A DNA stretch of 64,000 nt from Candidatus Bathyarchaeia archaeon (lineage in GTDB: Archaea; Thermoproteota; Bathyarchaeia; Bathyarchaeales; Bathycorpusculaceae): the NCBI GenBank assembly GCA_038883655.1, contig JAVZLQ010000002.1, positions 32,001 through 96,000 on the forward strand, read 5' to 3'. Below, one piece after another: positions 57,165 to 64,000 of this stretch. The notes under the pieces were generated by a model. The model was not told where the DNA came from and did no database searches. It worked only from the letters and a program-made list of their open reading frames with translations. The position numbers and the translations under genes are program-made. Within the stretch, counting starts at the first letter, position 1, and every line of letters begins with the position of its first letter.

Positions 57165-57823
57165 ACAAGTTTTGCTTGGCGCAGCACATTCTCGCTTTTG
57201 GTTCTCTTGGCCGGCTTCCAAGATTTTCTAACGAACTCGGGGTATTCTCCAAACTCCTCTAGGCATTTCTGGAGAAACCTAATTGTTTTGGGGTCTGATG
57301 GATATCCGCATCCAATTTCTCCATATTTTTTGGCAATTTCAGCTATTTCCCTATCCCTTTCAACTTTGGCTATTATCGAGGCTGCTGAAACTATTGGATA
57401 TTTCCTATCAGCCTTATGCTCCGAAATTACTTGAACCTTAATTGGGAGCACCTCCAAAATGTGTTGTTTGAACCGCTCCTCTAAAACATCAGAAGCATCC
57501 ACGTACGCGATGTCTGGCTTTAACATTTCTATGACCTTTGCCATGGCTTGCGCTTCAAGTCTATTCAGCTTATGCAGTTTTCTCCCAGACGCCACAACCT
57601 TGTCAATCTCCATAGGCGAAAGCTTCACGATACTATACTTTTCTGCTACACGTTTAATCTCAACTGCAAGTTTCTCGCGTCTCTGTGGCGAAAGAAGCTT
57701 TGAATCTCTAACCTTCAATTCAACAAGTTTTTGCATGTTCTCCTCTTTAATTAGGACTCCTGCAATAACGAGCGGCCCAATGATCGAGCCTCGCCCAGCG
57801 TCGTCAACTCCAGCAATCAGCAT
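57161..57823 (-). CDS. rnhB: Ribonuclease HII
   Basis: AGVDDAGRG.IIGPLV, RDSKLL, SAASIIAKVERD, GYPSDP. Confidence 0.96.
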   Translation of the reverse strand: MLIAGVDDAGRGSIIGPLVIAGVLIKEENMQKLVELKVRDSKLLSPQRREKLAVEIKRVAEKYSIVKLSPMEIDKVVASGRKLHKLNRLEAQAMAKVIEMLKPDIAYVDASDVLEERFKQHILEVLPIKVQVISEHKADRKYPIVSAASIIAKVERDREIAEIAKKYGEIGCGYPSDPKTIRFLQKCLEEFGEYPEFVRKSWKPAKRTKSENVLRQAKLV

Positions 57824-57872
57824 TTAAAATCGCCCTTTCAAACAGTACTCCACTTCAGCTAATAACGCTTTG

Positions 57873-58424
57873 TCATTTTTTAATCAGATCAGCGATTTTC
57901 TCGGCAATAACCGTGTGGAGCCTATCTCTATTCTCAAAGTTTACAATGTGAACTTCTGCGTCTTCTCTGGCTTTAATTTCGTCTATAAGTTTATCCTTTG
58001 CCTTCCAATGGACAACGCCAACTAACGGTTTTTTGCTGTCAATAGCCATTTTTACGGTGTGCTTAAATTTTTCAGAGAAAAGCTCCATTGGACCAATCTC
58101 GTCAATGACTATCACATCAGCCTCCTCAACAGCCCTTTCTATCGCTTCTACGCCGACGCTGTTCAAGTCTTCAATGTTAACGCGGTACTTGCCGACGCTT
58201 GGACCATTAGGCTGGTTTACATGAGCAAGCCAACCGCGCTTTGAGCTGGCTATATCTAGAATTTCAAAGCCAACTCGTGTTCTACATGAACGAACTTCTC
58301 GGCTTATCATCCCACCGACCGTATACCCCTTTCCCCTCAAGGTTTCTACAATTTTTGTTAGCACTGTAGTTTTTCCTATTCCTGGACTTCCAGTTAGAAG
58401 CACTATTCGCTTTTTCATAAGCAA
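57873..58424 (-). CDS. Nucleoside-triphosphatase THEP1 family
   Basis: TGSPGIGKTT, RVGF, VGKYRV, VIDEIGPMEL. Confidence 0.92.
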   Translation of the reverse strand: MLMKKRIVLLTGSPGIGKTTVLTKIVETLRGKGYTVGGMISREVRSCRTRVGFEILDIASSKRGWLAHVNQPNGPSVGKYRVNIEDLNSVGVEAIERAVEEADVIVIDEIGPMELFSEKFKHTVKMAIDSKKPLVGVVHWKAKDKLIDEIKAREDAEVHIVNFENRDRLHTVIAEKIADLIKK

Positions 58425-58477
58425 GAAATTCTAATATCACTTTTATAATGATTTAGTTGCTGGAGAAAAGCGGGTTG

Positions 58478-59710
58478 ATGAGCGGAAAGTTCTACAATTT
58501 GGATTTTCCAACAGAAACCATTAAAGAAGGCAAGGTGAAAGTTTTAGTTCCAAAGCTGAAGGCTTTTGTTAAGTCGCCGTCAGAGTATGCGCCTTCTAAG
58601 GCACCAGTCTTTTATAATCCCGTTATGGAATTGAACCGTGACATTGCGGTTTTAGCCCTACAAGCTTACCAGAGAATTGTTAACCGTGAAATTGTGGTTT
58701 GTGAGCCTCTTGGCGGCTGCGGTGTTAGGGGCATCCGCTTCGCTGTTGAGGTTGAAGGTGTGAAAGAAGTTTTGATCAACGATATAAATGTCAAGGCGTT
58801 CAAACTTGCGAAATACAACGTTGAAATCAATGAACTTGGCGACCGTGTAAAATTAACCAACGAAGATGCAAACTACATTTTAACCATGCATGGAGCACCT
58901 AAGAAAAGGTTTGACGCGATAGACATAGACCCTTTCGGCTCTCCAGTTCCCTACGTGGATTCAGCTTTGAGGGCACTGCGTAATGGCGGCTTTTTGGCTT
59001 TAACCGCAACTGACATGGCGCCTTTATGTGGAGTCTATCCAAAGGCTTGTGTTAGGCGATATTATGGAAAGTCTTTGAGAACAGAGTATTGCCACGAGTT
59101 GGCTGTTAGGCTTTTGGCTGGTTGTCTAGCCTTAACAGCAGCGAAATATGATATTGGCGTGGAACTTCTTTTCAGCCACAGCACAGATCACTACATAAGG
59201 GTTTACGCAAAAATAATGCATGGCGCAAAGGTGGCTGACGAAAGCGTAAAAAACATGGGATACATCGCCCACTGCTTCACGTGCTTCCACAGAGAAGCCC
59301 GCAAAGGGCTTTTCCCAAGCAATTTGCCATCAAAATGTCCAGAGTGCGGCACAAAACTAAGCCTTGGCGGTCCGCTGTGGCTTGGCAAAATAGCCAATAA
59401 AGAGTTTTGCACCTTGATGGGGAGGGAACTTTCAAATAAAGGGCTTGGACAAAAGGGAAGGGTGGAGAAAATTTTGGCTTTAGTGAAAAATGAGGTTAAC
59501 GCTCCGCCAACATATTATGTTCTAGACAAGTTGTGCGACGCTTTGAACTTGCAAGTTCCACCATTAAAAACCATTCTGGAAGGCTTACGTAGTAGGGGAT
59601 TCCAAGCATTTTTGACACACTTCCATCCTAGGGGCTTAAAGTCAGATGCTCCAGCAGCAAGACTGAAAGAAGTTTTGCGTGAAACTTTGCGCTTGTCTGG
59701 CAAGTTTTAA
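58478..59710 (+). CDS. trm1: tRNA (guanine-26-N2)-dimethyltransferase
   Basis: VFYNPVMELNRD, GVRGIR, DIDPFGSP, TATDMAPLCG, GPLWLG. Confidence 0.96.
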   Translation: MSGKFYNLDFPTETIKEGKVKVLVPKLKAFVKSPSEYAPSKAPVFYNPVMELNRDIAVLALQAYQRIVNREIVVCEPLGGCGVRGIRFAVEVEGVKEVLINDINVKAFKLAKYNVEINELGDRVKLTNEDANYILTMHGAPKKRFDAIDIDPFGSPVPYVDSALRALRNGGFLALTATDMAPLCGVYPKACVRRYYGKSLRTEYCHELAVRLLAGCLALTAAKYDIGVELLFSHSTDHYIRVYAKIMHGAKVADESVKNMGYIAHCFTCFHREARKGLFPSNLPSKCPECGTKLSLGGPLWLGKIANKEFCTLMGRELSNKGLGQKGRVEKILALVKNEVNAPPTYYVLDKLCDALNLQVPPLKTILEGLRSRGFQAFLTHFHPRGLKSDAPAARLKEVLRETLRLSGKF

Positions 59711-59739
59711 ATAACCTTGGCTTTACATGAAGAGGCTAG

Positions 59740-60306
59740 GTGGACAGTTTGAGGAAAGGAACATTACTTTTAGCGCTGTTTATTATGCCCTTGCTTTTCG
59801 CGGTTGTAAACGCAAGCATCGAATCCATAACAGCTTGGACGAACAAGCAAGTTTATGTTCCAGGCGAAAGGGGCACGCTTTACGTGAACTTTTACAACAG
59901 CAGGGCAAGCACGATTGAGATTAAGAACATAACTGTAACGTACAAGTCTTGGCAAGCGTACATTGACGGCAAGTGGGTTGGCAACGAAACTTTCAACGTT
60001 AATGAAAATGTTACGGGTGGCAGCGTAGCCACCCTGAAGATACCCTTCACTGTTCCAAGCGATGGAAGGGCGCAAAAAACAGCCGTTGATATAGAGATTG
60101 GGACAAGCCTTGGAATCGAAACCAAAATTAATGCTACAGTAATTAACGTCTCGGAAACTTCGCCCTACATGGAGCAAATAGTCACGCTTTTCACGATACA
60201 AGCAGTTCTGCTAATAGTGTGCACAATAGTGATATCCGCAACAATATTTTTGTCAATCCATAAGCCTCCACCAGCAATTAAAACGGGAGAAAGCCAAAAC
60301 GCATAA
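59740..60306 (+). CDS. Membrane-anchored surface protein (signal peptide, beta-rich domain, C-terminal TM)
   Basis: Hydrophobic N- and C-terminal helices; N-x-T/S sequons NIT, NET, NVT, NAT, NVS. Confidence 0.7.
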   Translation: MDSLRKGTLLLALFIMPLLFAVVNASIESITAWTNKQVYVPGERGTLYVNFYNSRASTIEIKNITVTYKSWQAYIDGKWVGNETFNVNENVTGGSVATLKIPFTVPSDGRAQKTAVDIEIGTSLGIETKINATVINVSETSPYMEQIVTLFTIQAVLLIVCTIVISATIFLSIHKPPPAIKTGESQNA

Positions 60307-60383
60307 AAAATCAAGCCTTGGCGAATTCTTAAGTAATAGAAAAGCAATAATTTTGTACGCAACTGTTGAATGTTGGAGGTGCC

Positions 60384-62078
60384 GTGAAACTCGGAAAAGT
60401 TTTGGTCGCATCAGCTTGGCCATATGTAAACTACACGCCACACTTGGGCACTATGCTTCAGATTCTGTCAACAGATGTTGTCGCTAGGTACTACCGCTTA
60501 AAGGGCGAAGAAGTCGTGATGGTCAGCGGTTCAGATGAGCACGGAACACCAATAGAGGTTGAAGCCATCAGACTTGGTGTTCAGCCTAAACAGCTGACCG
60601 ATAAGGTTCATGCGAGGGTTGTTGAGCTTTTCAAGAAGTGGGGAATATCCTTTGACAACTACACGCGCACAGAAAACCCGACACATAAGGAGTTTGTCCG
60701 AAAACACTTCATGAAACTCTACAACAACGGGTACATCTTCGAAAAGGAGACGGAGATGCTCTACTGCGAAAACTGCAAACGCTTCCTTCCAGACAGATTT
60801 GTTGAAGGAAAGTGCCCATACTGTGGATACGTTCCAGCAAGAGGAGACCAATGCCCAGAATGCGGAAGATTGTTGGAAACAACATTGCTTGTTGAACCGT
60901 ACTGCGCGGTGTGCAAGGCAACACCAGTGCTGAAAAAGACTAAGCATTTTTACTTTGACCTATCAAAGTTTTCGCAAGAACTTGAAGATTACATAAAAAA
61001 CAATGAGCAGTTGCCAACAAATGCGAGAAACTTCAGCCTAAACCTAATAAAGGAGGGCTTAAAGCCAAGAGCAGTTACACGCGATAATAAATGGGGGATT
61101 CCAGCACCCTTTCCAGGGGCTGAGGAAAAGACAATTTATGTTTGGGTCGAAGCGGTTTTGGGTTATGTTTCAGCCACAATTGAGCACTTCAAGAATCGCG
61201 GCGAACCAGAAAAATGGAGGGAGTTCTGGTTTAACAAAGACGCTAAAACACTGTTCTTCATAGGCAAAGACAACATACCATTCCACACAATAATTTTCCC
61301 AGCGCTTCTCTTAGGTGCACGAGAGGACTACAATCTTCCATGGAACGTTTCAACAACGGAGTTCCTCCAGTTCAAAGGTGAAAGAGCCTCAAAAAGCCTC
61401 AGAAAGGGAATATGGATAGACGAAGCCCTAGAGCTTTTTCCAGCGGATTATTGGCGTTACTTCTTGATGGCGACGAGACCAGAAACAAGAGACTCAAACT
61501 TCACATGGGAATTTTTCGCGGAAAAGATAAACGCGGATTTAAACGACACGTTTGGAAACTTCATTCACAGAACACTAACATTCATAAACACAAGGTTTGA
61601 CGGCGAAATTCCAGAACCATCAAACCTAGAAGAGGATGACAAGCGCATACTCGAAGCTGTTAAGGAAAAAGTGGAAAATATGGCTAGGGAAATTGAAGAA
61701 TGTAAGTTGCAGTCAGCAGCAAACACTTTGATAGGCATAAGCCGCATCGGAAATCAGTACCTAAACGAAAAGGAACCATGGAACCTAATAAAAAAGAATA
61801 AGGCTAAAGCTGCAAACATCCTCTACGTGGCGGCTCAAATAGTAAAGGCTTTGGCAATAGTTTCCGCGCCGTTCATGCCATTTGCAGCAGAAGAAATATG
61901 GAAAACATTAAACCTTCCTGGAAGCGTCCACGAGCAAATGTGGGAAGAAGCCACAAAACCATTACCCGCAAAACACAAAATAGCGAAAGCAAAACCTATT
62001 TTCAAGAAGATAGAGGCAAGTGCACAGCAACTAGACGAGTTGCTGGAGAAGGTTAGAGAGGGAATCAAAAGCGCTTAA
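60384..62078 (+). CDS. metG: Methionine--tRNA ligase (no C-terminal OB domain)
   Basis: SAWPYVN..PHLG, GSDEHGTP, ARGDQC, WGIPAP, IGKDNIPFH, RASKS; SD GGAGGTG. Confidence 0.96.
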   Translation: MKLGKVLVASAWPYVNYTPHLGTMLQILSTDVVARYYRLKGEEVVMVSGSDEHGTPIEVEAIRLGVQPKQLTDKVHARVVELFKKWGISFDNYTRTENPTHKEFVRKHFMKLYNNGYIFEKETEMLYCENCKRFLPDRFVEGKCPYCGYVPARGDQCPECGRLLETTLLVEPYCAVCKATPVLKKTKHFYFDLSKFSQELEDYIKNNEQLPTNARNFSLNLIKEGLKPRAVTRDNKWGIPAPFPGAEEKTIYVWVEAVLGYVSATIEHFKNRGEPEKWREFWFNKDAKTLFFIGKDNIPFHTIIFPALLLGAREDYNLPWNVSTTEFLQFKGERASKSLRKGIWIDEALELFPADYWRYFLMATRPETRDSNFTWEFFAEKINADLNDTFGNFIHRTLTFINTRFDGEIPEPSNLEEDDKRILEAVKEKVENMAREIEECKLQSAANTLIGISRIGNQYLNEKEPWNLIKKNKAKAANILYVAAQIVKALAIVSAPFMPFAAEEIWKTLNLPGSVHEQMWEEATKPLPAKHKIAKAKPIFKKIEASAQQLDELLEKVREGIKSA

Positions 62079-62093
62079 TTTGGCCGTGAAAAT

Positions 62094-62741
62094 TTGCAAC
62101 TAAAAATTGACTTGCATGTGCATACGCAGTACTCCTACGACGGTTTAATCACACCGAAAGAACTTATTTACTACGCGAAAAAACGTGGATTAGACGGCGT
62201 TGCCATAACAGACCACGACACCGTTGAAGGTGCCCTAAAAATTGCTGAAGAAGCAGATTTTTTGATAATTCCGGGGATCGAAATTTCAAGTTTGAACGGG
62301 CATGTTGTGGGGCTTAATGTATGCGAGACCATTCAAAGAAGATTAAGCGTTGAGGAAACCGTCGATAAAATACATGATGCTGGAGGTATAGCAATTGCAT
62401 GCCACCCTACAACCCTTTTCAAAAATGTTCTGAAAAGGAACATGAAAGCAAAATTTGACGCTGTAGAAGTGATAAACGCTTCAGCATTTCCATTTAAGCA
62501 CATGGTAAAGCGCAACAAAGAATTTGCCCAAAACCTTGGAGTTGCGCATGTTGCTGGAAGCGATGCGCACTATGGTCCAGAAATAGGCTATGCCTACACA
62601 ATTGTTGACGCAGAGCCCGAAATTACAAGTATAATTGAAGCCTTAACCAAAGGTTTTTGTAAGCCTTTTGGAGAACCGATACCATTAAGTTTAAGGTTTA
62701 AGAGAATAATCTTGCGCTTGAAAAAGAGTTTTAATTTATAA
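62094..62741 (+). CDS. PHP-domain phosphoesterase
   Basis: DLHVHT.YS.DG, AITDHD, GIEIS, CHP, GSDAH. Confidence 0.9.
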   Translation: MQLKIDLHVHTQYSYDGLITPKELIYYAKKRGLDGVAITDHDTVEGALKIAEEADFLIIPGIEISSLNGHVVGLNVCETIQRRLSVEETVDKIHDAGGIAIACHPTTLFKNVLKRNMKAKFDAVEVINASAFPFKHMVKRNKEFAQNLGVAHVAGSDAHYGPEIGYAYTIVDAEPEITSIIEALTKGFCKPFGEPIPLSLRFKRIILRLKKSFNL

Positions 62742-62758
62742 AAATATGGAAGATGGTG

Positions 62759-63865
62759 CTAAAAGTTCTCCATCTGATAAAGGTCAAGCTGAATATTCAG
62801 CGGCCTTTCGGGCTCCGCGTAAGGCTCGAGATTAAAGAGTTGCGGCGCAATTGTTCCAAACCCGCTTAGGATGTGTGGCGAATTCACGCCAGTCATCACT
62901 AAGGTTACTCTAAGCTTGCCGTTTTCTTCTGGATTAACCCTTGCACCCCAAATAACAAGCGCATTGCGATCCATCATTTCTGTGACTATTTCGCCAACAC
63001 GGTTTGCCTCTTCAATGGTCATTTGTGCGTCTCCAGTAACATGTATGAGCGCTCCAGTTGCACCAGCATAATCAACATCCAAAAGCGGACTCCTCAAAGC
63101 GTTTCTTACAGCTTCTTCCGCTCTGTTCGGCGCGTCTGACTCGCCAACACCTATTACGGCTACACCTCCACGCTTAACTATCGTTTTGAAGTCTGCGAAG
63201 TCAAGGTTGATTAAGCTTGGCGCCGAAATGGTTTCGACTATTCCCTTAATCATGTTAGCTAAAACTTGATCTGCAACCCTGAAAGCTTCATTTATCGGCA
63301 ACTGGGGCACAAGCTGCATTAACTTGTTATTATCTATAATAACGACCGTATCGCAGTGTCTGCGCATCTCGTTCAAAGCCAAAGCCGCATACTCGATGCG
63401 TCCCTTCTCAATCCTAAACGGAGTGGTAACAACACCAACGGTAATCGCCCCCTTTCGCCTAGCAATTTCAGCAATAACTGGCGCAGCGCCAGTTCCAGTA
63501 CCACCGCCCAAACCAGCAGTTATGAAAACTATATCCATGTTTGAAAGCAGCTCTTCAACTTGTTTCCTAGACTCTTCAATGGCTGCTTTGCCAAGCTTTG
63601 GGTCTCCGCCCACACCAAGACCACGCGTAAGTTTTTCACCTATGAGGACTTTTCTATGCGCCTTTGAAATCCTTAGATGAATTGCATCTGTGTTTACGGC
63701 GATACATTCCGCGCCGGATATACCCATCTCCATAAGCCTCGTCAACGTGTTGTTTCCCGCCCCGCCAACGCCTACCACGGCTATGCGACACGCGTCCGTT
63801 AATGGAACTCCATCGGCGCCAGCGCTTTGAAGGGCATACTTGAGTGCATGCTCCATTGGGCTCAT
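62759..63865 (-). CDS. ftsZ: Cell division protein FtsZ (FtsZ2-like by synteny with cdrS)
   Basis: GVGGAGNN, AVNTD, GLGGGTGTG, INLDFAD; start placed at 63865, just after the cdrS stop. Confidence 0.96.
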   Translation of the reverse strand: MSPMEHALKYALQSAGADGVPLTDACRIAVVGVGGAGNNTLTRLMEMGISGAECIAVNTDAIHLRISKAHRKVLIGEKLTRGLGVGGDPKLGKAAIEESRKQVEELLSNMDIVFITAGLGGGTGTGAAPVIAEIARRKGAITVGVVTTPFRIEKGRIEYAALALNEMRRHCDTVVIIDNNKLMQLVPQLPINEAFRVADQVLANMIKGIVETISAPSLINLDFADFKTIVKRGGVAVIGVGESDAPNRAEEAVRNALRSPLLDVDYAGATGALIHVTGDAQMTIEEANRVGEIVTEMMDRNALVIWGARVNPEENGKLRVTLVMTGVNSPHILSGFGTIAPQLFNLEPYAEPERPLNIQLDLYQMENF

Positions 63866-63866
63866 T

Positions 63867-64000
63867 TTAGTCAACCCTTTTTCTCCGCTCAATCTCGCCA
63901 TTAATTAAGTCGCGTATGGCCACACGAATAGCCTCAGCCCTGTTAGGATAATACTTCTCACTCACAAGCTGATCTAACATCTTAATGTAAGGTTCAGGCA
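63867..64000 (-). CDS. cdrS: Ribbon-helix-helix regulator CdrS-like (5' end outside window)
   Basis: Not in ORF track: ...PEPYIKMLDQLVSEKYYPNRAEAIRVAIRDLINGEIERRKRVD*; stop 1 nt before the ftsZ ATG. Confidence 0.85.
   Translation of the reverse strand, partial: PEPYIKMLDQLVSEKYYPNRAEAIRVAIRDLINGEIERRKRVD

Overview
Gene-dense archaeal chromosomal segment, most consistent with Bathyarchaeia (TACK). This is an inference from gene content: eukaryote-like topoisomerase IB, cdrS-ftsZ, ftr plus an NAD(P)-type Mtd, a zinc ferredoxin, nop5-fibrillarin, and a tRNA with a non-canonical intron. Modules in order: (1) acyl-CoA/2-oxoacid catabolism (acetoacetate-CoA ligase, DRE-TIM enzyme, acyl-CoA dehydrogenase, hbd, crt, iorAB; 1-9.7 kb); (2) XPF and EF-1alpha; (3) a redox/metal-cluster island of about 10 kb (Zn-ferredoxin, SOD, orphan encapsulin-type ferritin, rubredoxin, class II RNR, DUF134/DUF5320/NifX, OsmC, Prx, Rbr, Ptr2/LrpA, PDO, DUF166, HypA, Mrp) carrying two candidate operator systems readable in the DNA; (4) a variable region with a symporter, HADs, duplicated membrane proteins, gene remnants, tRNA-Gly, rtcB and archease; (5) housekeeping genes (adk, aRF1, topIB, tRNA-Ala, ileS, pyrDK, nop5, flpA, rnhB, trm1, metG, ftsZ). 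Features missing from the supplied ORF track: the acetoacetate-CoA ligase, the rubredoxin, a frameshifted NifX gene, cdrS and two tRNAs. No CRISPR array, transposase or integrase was seen. All family calls come from motif recognition by eye, not from database searches.
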